A stretch of 64,000 bases of DNA from Lachnospiraceae bacterium (lineage in GTDB: Bacteria; Bacillota; Clostridia; Lachnospirales; Lachnospiraceae): positions 34,106 through 98,105 of the forward strand of contig JAEEOO010000011.1 of assembly GCA_016284315.1 (NCBI GenBank), read 5' to 3'. Under the pieces are notes generated by a model, which was given only the letters and a program-made list of their open reading frames with translations, had not been told where the DNA came from and ran no database searches. Position 1 is the first letter of the stretch. Every line of letters starts with the position of its first letter. Below, piece after piece: positions 10,154 through 20,552 of this stretch. A program made the translations under genes and the position numbers.

Positions 10154-10984
10154 TTATAATGAAATATCTGTGATGACGTATTTTCCGTCTTTGTCAAGAG
10201 CAAACACCCACGCCCGGGGCTCTTCTCCGTTTTCAAATGTCACTTTGAAGATGATCTCATTTACACCGTCGCCATCAAGGTCATCACCATATATAGTGGG
10301 TAATCCGTTATAAGCAACTTCACTTATGGTTATAGTCTTGTGATTTCCGAATTCAATCGTATAATCCGCAGTTCCCCCGTTAGCATATTCCTTTTCAACT
10401 ATATAATACTCTCTGTAGACCCTGTCAGTTTTGGAGTCACCGTCATAATCGGCATCGATGAAGTCTTCGTACCTGATCCAGTTTTCAGCCTCATCCAAAT
10501 ATCCGGTATATTCCCCAAGAGCCCATATGGATTTTTCTTCTTCCGCCCCGGTTGCCGAAGCATCTGCAGTTCCGGTGGTCAATTCAGCATCCGAAGAGTT
10601 AGTGGTTCCCACTGCCGACTCGCCATCTGCTTTTACGTCTGGCATCACCTCGTATGCCTCGGATTCTTCAAGCCATGCGGAGGACTCAGCAGCCTCTTCA
10701 TAAGTTGCACTATCCGTGCCGGCAGCTTCGGGAGCCGTTGATTCCATTGCTCCCTTCATACGAAGTCCGCCAAGGGGGCCCATAACTATGACACCAAGAG
10801 CAAGAACCGCCGCTGCCGCAATGGGAAGGCCAATTATCTTACCGACGTTTTTCTTCTTTTTAAAAGGAACCACATTTCCGTTTCTAAACTCGTCGGCCTG
10901 TCTAAGGAGGTCCTCGTCGATATCACCGATGGCATCCATGATCATTTCGCCGTTTATCTTCTTTTTGTTATCGTCGCTGCTCAT
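10154..10984 (-). CDS. Putative membrane-anchored anti-sigma factor
   Basis: Overlaps ECF sigma stop; MDAIGDIDEDLL N-terminal helix, single TM, acidic Ala/Glu/Thr-rich linker, DxDGD repeats at C-terminus. Confidence 0.65.
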   Translation of the reverse strand: MSSDDNKKKINGEMIMDAIGDIDEDLLRQADEFRNGNVVPFKKKKNVGKIIGLPIAAAAVLALGVIVMGPLGGLRMKGAMESTAPEAAGTDSATYEEAAESSAWLEESEAYEVMPDVKADGESAVGTTNSSDAELTTGTADASATGAEEEKSIWALGEYTGYLDEAENWIRYEDFIDADYDGDSKTDRVYREYYIVEKEYANGGTADYTIEFGNHKTITISEVAYNGLPTIYGDDLDGDGVNEIIFKVTFENGEEPRAWVFALDKDGKYVITDISL

Positions 10985-11541
10985 ACCGCAAAGCCCTCCT
11001 TCCTTAAATATTCCTTCAAAGCTTCACGCTCTCTTAAAAGCACGCTTCTGACCGTAACTTCCTTCATCCCGGCCTTCTCCGCAATGGTCTTGGTGGGATC
11101 GCAATAAAAATATCTTGCTATAAAGATATTTCTCTTTTCCTCACTGCGGCTTCTTAAAAACTCATTGATAGCCTTTGACAAAAGTCCCCTGTCGATCTCT
11201 TCCTCAACGGAATTTCCGCCGGAAATACATTCATCCAGTTCATCTATTGAAAGAGCGTATTCAGAATCTTTTCTCTTCATACTGTTCTTCTTTCTGTATA
11301 CATCGATAGCAAGATTCCTCGTAAACTTGCCAAGGTAAGTGGAGAGCATGTCCGGTCTGTCATCGGGCATAGCGTTCCAGGCGCGCATATATGTATCGTT
11401 AACGCACTCCTCACTGTCTTCCATGTCAAGAACGATATTATGAGCTATAGTCATAAGATATCTTGAGTATTTTGTTTGGGTCTCGGCTATGGCTCTCTCG
11501 TCCCTTGCCCAGTACAAGTCTACGATCTTAGAATCTTCCAT
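10981..11541 (-). CDS. ECF-family RNA polymerase sigma factor
   Basis: DSEECVNDTYMRAW region 2, RNLAIDVYRK, region 4 HTH (FIARYFY..TKTIAEK..EVTVRSVLLR). Confidence 0.9.
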   Translation of the reverse strand: MEDSKIVDLYWARDERAIAETQTKYSRYLMTIAHNIVLDMEDSEECVNDTYMRAWNAMPDDRPDMLSTYLGKFTRNLAIDVYRKKNSMKRKDSEYALSIDELDECISGGNSVEEEIDRGLLSKAINEFLRSRSEEKRNIFIARYFYCDPTKTIAEKAGMKEVTVRSVLLREREALKEYLRKEGFAV

Positions 11542-11563
11542 TTGAAAAAGTATCCTTTACAGA

Positions 11564-13039
11564 TTAATTATTTCCCGGCTCATAAACGGTTCCGGTAAAG
11601 AGAAGACTTCCGTCATCACCAAGGATGGTGAAAAGGAAAGGTCTGTCGATCTTAATTAAGAGGGGATCTTCAGGCATGGCGGCACATCCGTCAAGCATCA
11701 TTACGGTGAATGCTGCAGCAAGGACTCCGTCCTCATCTGCGCAAACTCTTGCTGCATGCTTTGCGCTTGAAATAGCAGCCTCAGCATCTTCGTTCTTGAT
11801 AAGGTTTGAAAAGTCTGCGGTTTCGCTGTTGAATGCGCTTGTGATGCCAAGCTTTACCATGGTTTCCTTAAGGTCAATATCACTGTTTACATCAAACTTG
11901 GGCAATGTAAGATCGACGCGTCCACGTTCAACATCCTGCACACTGTTCTCATAAATGATCTTCTTTGCCTTATCGTTTTCAAGAAGTTCCTCAGGTTTTA
12001 CTCCTTCTGCAGGCATAAGAACCCACATAGAACCTCCGTTTTGAATATCGATATTTACAGCAGTGAAATCTTCGCCTACATAATAGTAGTTGTTTTCCAC
12101 TCTATTCATCATATTACATTCCTGCTCGCCTGCAAAGCCATAAAAAGCATCTTTTCCCGCATCTGCAAATCCGTCAGACCATGCAGCCTTGAAATAGATA
12201 GTTGAAGCAAGCGCAAGAATCGTTGCAGGATCTGTCTTTACTCCCGAAGCCTGCTGTTCAAGCAATCCGCCGGTATTGTCGTTAAGCCACTGCTGAAGAG
12301 CACTGTTCATTTCTTCGGAACCCATTTCACCTGAATAGGTCTCAGCAAGATATTTGGAAGCAATATCATCGATGGTCTTCCGGTCGTAAGTAAAATTCTT
12401 ATCATTGCGAAGCCACAGAGAGTTTGCGATCCGGCTAGTCACAGAGCCGTCTTCAAAATCGTTAGTTCTGATAAGCTGTTTTGCTATTTCCTGAAGTTCC
12501 TCTATGCTTTCACATCCCAGAGCATCAAGAACTTCTTTCTGTGTATCACCACCTGATACCTCAGCCAGCATGGCGAAAGCAAGATAGATATTGATTGGAG
12601 AAACTACTGTATTTTCTCCCTCTTTCATCATCGTGGGAAGGAGTTTCTCCGAAAAAGCCTCGATGGCAGGTGCGTTTACCTCTGAGCCTTCAAGTCTCTT
12701 TTCCCTATCCTTACCCCACTCTTCCATCGCGTTGTAGTACTGCTTGTCGCCCTTATCGCCGTAGTTTTTCATGTACTCCTCGTAATCAGGGTACAACGCA
12801 GATTCGCTGTGGGTAGCAGTTCCAAGCGTCTCTACACCCGCATATTCCTTAGGCTCCTCTTCTTTATAACCGGGGATCTGCCATGTTGCTATCTCTTCCC
12901 TTTTTTCTTCATCTCCGCTATAGCTATTCATGATATTTACTCCTCTGTTTCCTGTGCATCCCGTAAGGAGCGTGCTTCCCATAAGAACTCCGCTCATCAT
13001 AAGTGTCATGATCTTTTTAGTGTTAAAGTATTTTTTCAT
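11564..13039 (-). CDS. Serpin-family lipoprotein
   Basis: Lipobox LTGC; NTVVSPINIYLAFAML, STIYFKAAW, LPKF, hinge EDGVLAAAFT, IDRPFLF. Confidence 0.9.
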   Translation of the reverse strand: MKKYFNTKKIMTLMMSGVLMGSTLLTGCTGNRGVNIMNSYSGDEEKREEIATWQIPGYKEEEPKEYAGVETLGTATHSESALYPDYEEYMKNYGDKGDKQYYNAMEEWGKDREKRLEGSEVNAPAIEAFSEKLLPTMMKEGENTVVSPINIYLAFAMLAEVSGGDTQKEVLDALGCESIEELQEIAKQLIRTNDFEDGSVTSRIANSLWLRNDKNFTYDRKTIDDIASKYLAETYSGEMGSEEMNSALQQWLNDNTGGLLEQQASGVKTDPATILALASTIYFKAAWSDGFADAGKDAFYGFAGEQECNMMNRVENNYYYVGEDFTAVNIDIQNGGSMWVLMPAEGVKPEELLENDKAKKIIYENSVQDVERGRVDLTLPKFDVNSDIDLKETMVKLGITSAFNSETADFSNLIKNEDAEAAISSAKHAARVCADEDGVLAAAFTVMMLDGCAAMPEDPLLIKIDRPFLFTILGDDGSLLFTGTVYEPGNN

Positions 13040-13092
13040 ATTTCTTCTCCTTTGTATATGATTGAAATCCTTTGTTTTCCCCTACTCACCCA

Positions 13093-13122
13093 TATACACG
13101 AAGAAATATTTAAAATGTTGCA
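13093..13122 (-). promoter_or_regulatory. ECF-type promoter upstream of serpin operon
   Basis: TGCAAC-N16-CGTGTATA on minus strand, matching the AAC/CGT ECF promoter pattern. Confidence 0.6.
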
Positions 13123-13179
13123 AAAAAGATGTGACAAGTTAAGGCCAATCGACCAATACGCCTCCTTGTCACATCTTTT
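13122..13179 (-). terminator. Terminator of tldD-pmbA
   Basis: AAAAGATGTGACAAG/CTTGTCACATCTTTT 15-bp inverted repeat with T-tract. Confidence 0.7.
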
Positions 13180-13185
13180 ATATTT

Positions 13186-14523
13186 TTATTTTCCTGAAAT
13201 TACCACACCGTCAACAGCAATGTAAGGAACAACTGTGGATCCGTCGCATACCAGTTCTTTGGAAACAGCACGGATGTTTTTAACTATTTCTCCGAGGTTA
13301 GCACTTACCATGGTTTCTGAAATAGCATATTTGATCTCACCGTTTTCAACATAGAAACTGTTTTTTGCAACACCTGAAAATTCTCCGTTTGTTCCCGGTT
13401 CTCCACCGGAGAATCTTCCCATGATTATTCCTTTATCAATGGACTTAACGATCTCCTCCAACGATTTGTCGCCGGGCTCGATCACAAGGCTCCAGCCGGA
13501 ATTTTTTACAACAGGTCGTCCGGTTTTATTTGCTGCATAAAGGTTTAAACTGTGCGCTTTAAGAACACCCTTTTCTATAAGAGTTACATCTTCGGATCTG
13601 AAACCATCCTGTGTTCCTCTTTCTCCGCATACAATACGTTCATCAAACGGCTTCATTGAAACAGTAAGCTTATCTGAAGCAACCTGCTCACCGACTTTAT
13701 CAAGCCAGAGGCTTGTTCCGTCAATTATTACATCGCCTGACATATAGTGGGAAACAAGCATTCCGATAAACTGAGATGCTGCATCGGGTGTAAGGATAAC
13801 AGGTCCCTCAAATTTTCCTTCAAGGCTCTTGGTGTGTACACTTTTCACAGAGTCTTCCAGGCTTTTCCTGATGTTACCCATCTCAATAAAAGGTTTATCC
13901 AGATTATCGGTTGTAAAACCTGATGAACTGAATCCGCTGTTCACTCCATCTTCATTTGCACTTGCTGTAATATAGAAAGAATAACTACCTGAATAGTCTT
14001 CAAATTCAGTTCCATTTGTATTTCTTGATATCCAATGGTTCTTGTCATAAGATCCGACAGCAGACATAAGAATGACTGTTGGAAATTCTTTCTTTATTGT
14101 TTCAAGGAATTCCTGTATTCTTTCAATAAACTTGTCCATATCCGGTTCATAAGTACCTTGTCTGAATACTTCAGATCCCTGATCCGGTGCTATATCATGG
14201 CATGGATCTTCGGGAGAAGATTCTGCTGCACTTACACCGTCATCTGCCAATTTAGTAAGGGCCTCTCTTGAGAGGTCATTGCCACTGGCACTTCCCATTT
14301 TATTGTCCTTGAAAACCTTTATGGAAGCATAACTGTTGAACACTGTTCTCATAAGTTTCAGCTCACCGTTTTCAGCATTCAGTTCCTGCTTCTCTGAATT
14401 TACCAAAGTGTATGTATACTTCTCAATCTTTTTATCTTTAAGTATATTATCAAATAAATCTGCAACTTCTCTGATTTCGCTCATTTTAATCGTCCTTTCT
14501 GAACCGGATAAATTATCTGCCAC
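13186..14523 (-). CDS. TldD/PmbA family protein, non-catalytic PmbA/TldE-like subunit
   Basis: GEFSGVAKNSFYVENGEI and C-terminal VPYIAVDGVVISG; no HExxxH; start may be 14484. Confidence 0.8.
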   Translation of the reverse strand: MADNLSGSERTIKMSEIREVADLFDNILKDKKIEKYTYTLVNSEKQELNAENGELKLMRTVFNSYASIKVFKDNKMGSASGNDLSREALTKLADDGVSAAESSPEDPCHDIAPDQGSEVFRQGTYEPDMDKFIERIQEFLETIKKEFPTVILMSAVGSYDKNHWISRNTNGTEFEDYSGSYSFYITASANEDGVNSGFSSSGFTTDNLDKPFIEMGNIRKSLEDSVKSVHTKSLEGKFEGPVILTPDAASQFIGMLVSHYMSGDVIIDGTSLWLDKVGEQVASDKLTVSMKPFDERIVCGERGTQDGFRSEDVTLIEKGVLKAHSLNLYAANKTGRPVVKNSGWSLVIEPGDKSLEEIVKSIDKGIIMGRFSGGEPGTNGEFSGVAKNSFYVENGEIKYAISETMVSANLGEIVKNIRAVSKELVCDGSTVVPYIAVDGVVISGK

Positions 14524-15901
14524 CGATCATGATCTTGCAGCGCATATGAGGTCCGCCCATGCCAACCGCCATACGCTGTTTCTTTCCGCAGAATCCGCTG
14601 GAAGACCACTCGACCTCATTAGAAACCATGTCAACTGTTTTAAGCATTTCAAAAGCAACGCCTGAAACTGTTGTATCAAGAAGTGCTCTTCCCAATTTTC
14701 CGTTTTTGATCTCATAACCACAGGTTACTCCAAACATGAATTCACCCGTAAGGTCAGCCTGACCGTTGCCGGAGTCTATGAGATAGTAGCCGTCTTCAAC
14801 AGACTCAATGAGTTCCTCGACAGTGTTCTTTCCCGGAAGAATGCAGGTATTTCTCATTCTTATAAGCGGCTCATCACTGAAAGTCCATCCTCTTGCATTT
14901 CCCGCAGGCTTCGCTCCAAACTTTTCAGCGGTTTCACGATTGTTCATATATCCGGTAAGCATACCATCCTTAATAAGGACCACATCCTCGGCCTTGATTC
15001 CTTCATCATCAAGATAAACGGGAAGGGGAGCAAGTCCGCCGTTATAGGTATGAGCAAAGTCAACTAAGTTTACAAGATCCGATGCTACTCTTTTTCCAAG
15101 GCAAGGACCTGCTACGCTTCCTCCCATAACAAGGTCGGCCTCTACTGTATGTCCTACCGCTTCATGAGCAAGCATACCGCCCATCATGCCGCCGAGCACA
15201 ACTGTTTTGTATCCTGCTTCGGCATAAACGCCCTCGGTCTTGTCCTTAACTCTTTTATACAACTTATCAAGCTCGGGATAATACTTTTCTACGTCAGAGA
15301 AATTATCTTCAAAGCTTCCAAAACCGCCAAGAGCCTTGAATAGTTCCACGGGGGTTCCGTCTTTTGTCTTTGAGTTCATGTATACGTAGATATAGCATCT
15401 GGGAGTAACAAGATGTCCGTCGTAAGCATCGGAAGAATAAACGATCCTGTCTTGAGAATCTTCGGTGTAGTAAACCGTACGGCTTTCCAGATCCGGATAT
15501 TTCTCAGCTATATGATCATCAATCTTTCGGCATGCATCGATGATTCTCTTTTGCTCAACATCAACAATATCTCTATTGATGGGAACAATTCCCGTTCCGT
15601 AAGAAGGCGGAAGGACAATTCCTTTATTTCCTGTGTGGCGAGCTAAAAGCTTTGCATTGTCGGATGCCGCTTTAAGAACTTTCTTTGCAGCATCTTCACT
15701 GTAGTCTGCTATAGATGCAAATCCAAACAGTCCATCCTTTCCGACCCTTGCGCTAATGCCTCTTGATTCGCTTCTTGAATTCGCAATGATGTTCCCTTTC
15801 AAGATGCCAACTACTCTGTTACGATTTTCCTGCGCTCTGAGCACAGTCTGGGCACCGTCTTCAAACAGTGCTTTTTCTTTTTCAAAAATGTCTGTCAGCA
15901 T
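14513..15901 (-). CDS. tldD: TldD metalloprotease
   Basis: HEAVGHTVEAD, DDEG, RMRNT, CGKKQ..VGMGGP. Confidence 0.88.
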   Translation of the reverse strand: MLTDIFEKEKALFEDGAQTVLRAQENRNRVVGILKGNIIANSRSESRGISARVGKDGLFGFASIADYSEDAAKKVLKAASDNAKLLARHTGNKGIVLPPSYGTGIVPINRDIVDVEQKRIIDACRKIDDHIAEKYPDLESRTVYYTEDSQDRIVYSSDAYDGHLVTPRCYIYVYMNSKTKDGTPVELFKALGGFGSFEDNFSDVEKYYPELDKLYKRVKDKTEGVYAEAGYKTVVLGGMMGGMLAHEAVGHTVEADLVMGGSVAGPCLGKRVASDLVNLVDFAHTYNGGLAPLPVYLDDEGIKAEDVVLIKDGMLTGYMNNRETAEKFGAKPAGNARGWTFSDEPLIRMRNTCILPGKNTVEELIESVEDGYYLIDSGNGQADLTGEFMFGVTCGYEIKNGKLGRALLDTTVSGVAFEMLKTVDMVSNEVEWSSSGFCGKKQRMAVGMGGPHMRCKIMIGGR

Positions 15902-16051
15902 ATTTACCCTCCGTATGTCTTTAGTCCTTTGCTATGCGTCTTTTACCATGTGTCTTTTATATATGCCCTCCTCGATGATTTCATTATACACAATGGTTAT
16001 CCAAAAGAAATGGTTTTTACGTAAGAGGTAAAAAATCAGCAACAAGAAGTT

Positions 16052-16086
16052 AAAAAAAAGCGGCAAGATGATTTCACTTGCCGCTT
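16052..16086 (-). terminator. Terminator of AT-rich orphan gene
   Basis: AAGCGGCAAG/CTTGCCGCTT stem with T8 tract. Confidence 0.75.
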
Positions 16087-16201
16087 GTGTAACACTATTA
16101 TCTCATTTCATATTAAATGAATCCCTTAAAGCATAGAAAAATCCACCGGTCTGTATTTATAAGGATAATAATCACATCGTCGACAGTAGTTTCGTATTAT
16201 T

Positions 16202-17962
16202 CTATTGGGTTGTGTTTTCTGCTCTTTTTTTCAAAAGTTCATAATAGTGATTCTTTTGGCTTTCTGCATAATTCACAAGCCATTCATTAATCTTCTCATC
16301 TTTGGATTTCCTTTTTCCCCACATGTTCATCATTTCAGGAAATTCATACGATGACCTATATCCTCTCATATCTGTTAAAAGTTTTCCTACTTTCTCACCC
16401 ATATATCCGGATTTTACTATGAGATAAGAGTAATCCTCAACAATATCCTCATACTCAGATTCTTCAGAAGATTTAAATAAAATATTCAATGCTCTCTTTA
16501 TGTCTTTTAGACATTTATCTTTCTTCTTCTCACACTGTCCTTCATAATCAGGGTCTTGCTCCCTATCCTCATAATTTTCATACTCTTCTTCAAACCTATT
16601 TAATTCTTCTCTTATTTTCCCTTGCAGTGACTTCTTGAAATAATCGGGAATATCTTTGTTTTCAAAGAAAGACCAATATTCTTTTACAATTGGAAACAGT
16701 ATGGAAAATAATTCCGCCTTCTCATTATCGCTTAAAATCGAATAATCATAATACTTTCCATACTCATCATAGATGCATAATGTCAATTTCGAGTATTCCC
16801 TATAATCCATAACAGTTTTGCCATTTTCTTCTTCGGGATTTTCATATCTGAAAATCGGCATCCTCGAATTTTGCAAAATATTAATCAGTTTCTTTGCATA
16901 ATCAACCCTATGTGAACATATGAACAAATCTTTTAGTTTGAAGAAATAATCAGTAAAACTATAGCCCGACGAACCCATTTTTTCATTGTTATATATAATC
17001 TCCGCTTCGCAATCCAACTTGTCATATAAAGCTACATAATCATCTATTTCTCCGCAATTATTCAGCTTCTTTTCTGCTTTACATTCAGATGATTTTATTT
17101 CTCTATACTTAATATCGCATTTATCCAACTGACATTCTAAATCATCCAGTAAAAGATCGGCCACTTTATCCCCGAGCCATATTTTTTCCTTGCTACCAAG
17201 CATCTCTACCGCAAGGCGGTATACTTCATCTTTTTTTTCGAATATAACTCTTTCAAAAATAGGCTCAAAGAGTAGTTGATCCGATTCATTCACATTTTTC
17301 AGCACCTTAAAAAATTCTTTTTTTCGTTTATCTATCTTTTCATCTTTCTGCAAAGCGCAGTCTATCAGAAATCTTAAATCATCCACTGCACAATCGGTAT
17401 CACCGTTCTTAAGAGCATCTGCAAAATTTGCAATTGTTCTAACATAATATTCATACTTCTTATCTACCGATTCAGTTTCATATTCTTTTTCCATTTTCCT
17501 CATTATCTTTTTTCTATTTGAAAAAGCCTCTGTGGATATATGGAAAACCCAAATGACAGATACAAGGCCATCAACAAAAAACATTGCGAATGCTACATAA
17601 AATGAAAGTAAATTAAACTTTACAACACCTAAATATGAAATTAGCTGTAACCCAAGGAAAACATACCCTATACGACACAAAAATATAAAGTCAGGTCTCT
17701 TCTTCATCAGTCTTTCAGAATCATTGACCCAATATATCTTTTCACGATTGTCTGTCAGCATATTGAGCATAGATATTCCCAAGAATACTACACTCAAAGA
17801 TGCTCCCATCAATGTATGACATACATCTAGAAAAGCTGTATCTTTCATCGAAACTCTAAATAATAGTCCCACAAGTACAGATAGTATTATCTGAATAAGT
17901 ATAATTCCCGGAAAAAGCAATAATATACTTTTCTTTTCAACATTCTTACTACTATTTTTCAT
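16202..17962 (-). CDS. Hypothetical membrane protein (about 4 N-terminal TM helices, Lys/Glu-rich helical C-terminus)
   Basis: 586-aa ORF with RBS, TATATT -10-like element upstream and its own terminator; AT-rich relative to neighbours. Confidence 0.7.
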   Translation of the reverse strand: MKNSSKNVEKKSILLLFPGIILIQIILSVLVGLLFRVSMKDTAFLDVCHTLMGASLSVVFLGISMLNMLTDNREKIYWVNDSERLMKKRPDFIFLCRIGYVFLGLQLISYLGVVKFNLLSFYVAFAMFFVDGLVSVIWVFHISTEAFSNRKKIMRKMEKEYETESVDKKYEYYVRTIANFADALKNGDTDCAVDDLRFLIDCALQKDEKIDKRKKEFFKVLKNVNESDQLLFEPIFERVIFEKKDEVYRLAVEMLGSKEKIWLGDKVADLLLDDLECQLDKCDIKYREIKSSECKAEKKLNNCGEIDDYVALYDKLDCEAEIIYNNEKMGSSGYSFTDYFFKLKDLFICSHRVDYAKKLINILQNSRMPIFRYENPEEENGKTVMDYREYSKLTLCIYDEYGKYYDYSILSDNEKAELFSILFPIVKEYWSFFENKDIPDYFKKSLQGKIREELNRFEEEYENYEDREQDPDYEGQCEKKKDKCLKDIKRALNILFKSSEESEYEDIVEDYSYLIVKSGYMGEKVGKLLTDMRGYRSSYEFPEMMNMWGKRKSKDEKINEWLVNYAESQKNHYYELLKKRAENTTQ

Positions 17963-18054
17963 AACTCCACCCTGCCTTTCGGTAATCGAATACTATCGAT
18001 AATATAATACCACATCCACTACCCGATATTTTAGCCAAACCTTACACCTTTTTC

Positions 18055-18090
18055 AAAAAAAGAGCCGTGCTTTTAAGGGCACAGCTCTTT
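18055..18090 (-). terminator. Terminator of alpha-galactosidase operon
   Basis: AAAGAGCTGTGC/GCACGGCTCTTT stem plus T-tract. Confidence 0.7.
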
Positions 18091-18107
18091 AAATTCCTGA
18101 ATCTATT

Positions 18108-20525
18108 CTATTTCTTTTCCATAAAGTAGAGTCTTGAGCCGAAGTCCTGGAAGTGGCGGACTTCTCCGTTATAACCCGTTGCGCCGAAAGCCTGCTTTAA
18201 GTGCATGCCTCCACTCATAAGAGTGTCGCCGGAAGCTGTAACGTTCTCGCTCTCGCCATCCATCTTTACGAACTTGGCAATGATGTCGATAAGGAGACCA
18301 TCTTTCTTAACATGGATGGGAGTTGCGGTATTGATAAGATCACCGAACTCTCTGATATCGACTTTAAGGACTCTGTTATAAAGATTATAAAGAGCATCCT
18401 CTTTAAGACCCTTTGCATGGTAGCAATGGAAAGGAGCGTTGGGAACAACAAGTCTCTGCATTACCATTCCAACTGCTTTTTCCTTATCCTTTGAAACACA
18501 GGTCCACTCGGTAAAGTTATCATTGCTGAAAGGAACAGCAGCAGAACCGCTTGTTGATGCGGTAACCATTGGCATCTGTGCACTTCCTTTTCCTCTATAG
18601 AAGTCGCCCCACTGAAGAACTTCTCTCCACTCTTTATAAAGCTCGATCTGTGCTTTGATCGCAGCTACTTCTTCCTTCTTCATGTCACAGAGATTGCACT
18701 CATATCCAAGTACTCCGAAAGAAGCCACATTAAATCTTGTCTCAAGAGGTGTGGTACGAAGTGTCTGGTGGTTGGGACAATCGGAAACATGTGCGGTAAC
18801 AGTGGACATAGGATATCCGTAGCTGTATCCGGTCTGGATTGAAAGCCTGCACATTGCATCAGTATCGTCGCTGGCCCAGATCTGAGGGAAGTAGCTGAGG
18901 ATACCGAGATCGAATCTGTTTCCTCCTGCGCTGCAGCCCTCAAACAAAATGTGAGGGAACTTCTCCGTAAGCGCCTTCATAGTGCGGTATAATCCGCAAA
19001 CATATCTGTGGGCAAGTTCACCCTGATGCTCAGCAGTTAAATACTGTGAGAAATAATCGGAGAAGATCCTGTTCATATCCCATTTAACGTATGCGATATT
19101 TGCAGATGAGAAAACCTCCGACATTTTTTCGATGATATAGTCAACAACTTCGGGATTTGAATAATCAAGTATCCGTTGGTTACGTCCTTCGGAATGAGGC
19201 TTCCCCGGTATATTTACAGCCCAGTCGGGATGAGCTTCATAAAGCTTACTCTTTACACAGATCATCTCAGGCTCAACCCAGATACCAAAATCAAGACCCA
19301 CGCCGTTGATCTTGTCCGCCAAGCCCTTAAGACCGTGAGGAAGTTTCTTTGTATTAACGTCCCAGTCTCCAAGAGAACAGCTGTCGTTATCTCTTTCGCC
19401 GAACCAGCCGTCATCCATAACAAGAAGTTCGATACCGACTTCTTTACCTGCCTTCGCAAGCTTAGTAAGTTTACCCTCGTTAATATCAAAGTATGCTGCT
19501 TCCCAGCTGTTTAAGAGAACGGGTCTTGTCTTTTTCTTCCACTCTCCGTGCACGATATGCTCTCTGACAAAATCATGCATGTGGTGGCTCATATCGTTAA
19601 AGCCCTTATTGCTGTAGGTCATTACAGCTTCGGGAGATTCAAATTTCTCACCTGCAGCAAGTACAAAGCAGAATCCTTCGGGATTGATACCGTTTACTAT
19701 CCTTGTCTTTCCGAATGAACTTGCCTCAACGCACTCATAATGATTTCCGCTGTATACAAGGTTAAATCCATAAACTTCACCGGCATCTTCACTTGTTTCC
19801 AAAGGATGCACCATAAAGAAAGGATTGCATCTGTTGGAACTTGTCCCCGTAATTGAAGAGCCGATATGCTTTCCTGCAGTCACAAGAACATCATCGCGTT
19901 GCATTTCTCTTGCCCATGCGCCATGAAATGAAGTATATACATATCCCACACGGTCAAGATCCAGAGACATACTCATAAGCCTCTCAACGCCGATCTTTTC
20001 GCTGCTTGTATTTTCCAAAACAGCGTTTCTTGTTATCACATCACAGTCTTCGTATACAACATAATTAAGTTTCAGAGTAAGATCATAAGATTTATCCTTG
20101 AGAACAACGGTAAGGCTCTGAGCCTTTCCGGTTTCGTCATATGAAGAAGGCATATCCTTCAAAGAAAGAGTAGCGTTCTTTATCTCATATGAATCATAAA
20201 GGAAGTCTGAGGTTCTGCTTCCGTCCGCATGTGTAATGCAGACGAAAGGATCCCTGATATCGCCCTTACCATATGAAGACATCTCTAGACGCATATCTTC
20301 AAGTGAATACTGAAGATGCTCCTGATCATAACCAATGGTGTTTCCGGGATAGAATGCATGCTTCTCAGTAAGCGCATCAATACATCCCTCTTCCGCACCC
20401 TCAGGAATCGTCAACCTTCTTCCATAGTACAGGTGCTCGAGCTGACCCGTCGGCAACACGCTGAAGAGGTATGAAGTATTCTTTGTCTCCAGGATAAAAC
20501 CCTTATTCTCTGAAACTCTAATCAT
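18108..20525 (-). CDS. Alpha-galactosidase (GH36)
   Basis: LNSWEAAYFD, MDDGWFG, FGIWVEPEM, YVKWDMNR, FEGCSAGGNRFD, WASDDTD. Confidence 0.95.
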   Translation of the reverse strand: MIRVSENKGFILETKNTSYLFSVLPTGQLEHLYYGRRLTIPEGAEEGCIDALTEKHAFYPGNTIGYDQEHLQYSLEDMRLEMSSYGKGDIRDPFVCITHADGSRTSDFLYDSYEIKNATLSLKDMPSSYDETGKAQSLTVVLKDKSYDLTLKLNYVVYEDCDVITRNAVLENTSSEKIGVERLMSMSLDLDRVGYVYTSFHGAWAREMQRDDVLVTAGKHIGSSITGTSSNRCNPFFMVHPLETSEDAGEVYGFNLVYSGNHYECVEASSFGKTRIVNGINPEGFCFVLAAGEKFESPEAVMTYSNKGFNDMSHHMHDFVREHIVHGEWKKKTRPVLLNSWEAAYFDINEGKLTKLAKAGKEVGIELLVMDDGWFGERDNDSCSLGDWDVNTKKLPHGLKGLADKINGVGLDFGIWVEPEMICVKSKLYEAHPDWAVNIPGKPHSEGRNQRILDYSNPEVVDYIIEKMSEVFSSANIAYVKWDMNRIFSDYFSQYLTAEHQGELAHRYVCGLYRTMKALTEKFPHILFEGCSAGGNRFDLGILSYFPQIWASDDTDAMCRLSIQTGYSYGYPMSTVTAHVSDCPNHQTLRTTPLETRFNVASFGVLGYECNLCDMKKEEVAAIKAQIELYKEWREVLQWGDFYRGKGSAQMPMVTASTSGSAAVPFSNDNFTEWTCVSKDKEKAVGMVMQRLVVPNAPFHCYHAKGLKEDALYNLYNRVLKVDIREFGDLINTATPIHVKKDGLLIDIIAKFVKMDGESENVTASGDTLMSGGMHLKQAFGATGYNGEVRHFQDFGSRLYFMEKK

Positions 20526-20552
20526 ATATATTATCCTTCTCTAAGAAATATA

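Noticed and set aside
13186-15901. RiPP cluster around tldD/pmbA
   Set aside because: No precursor peptide, YcaO or radical-SAM gene adjacent
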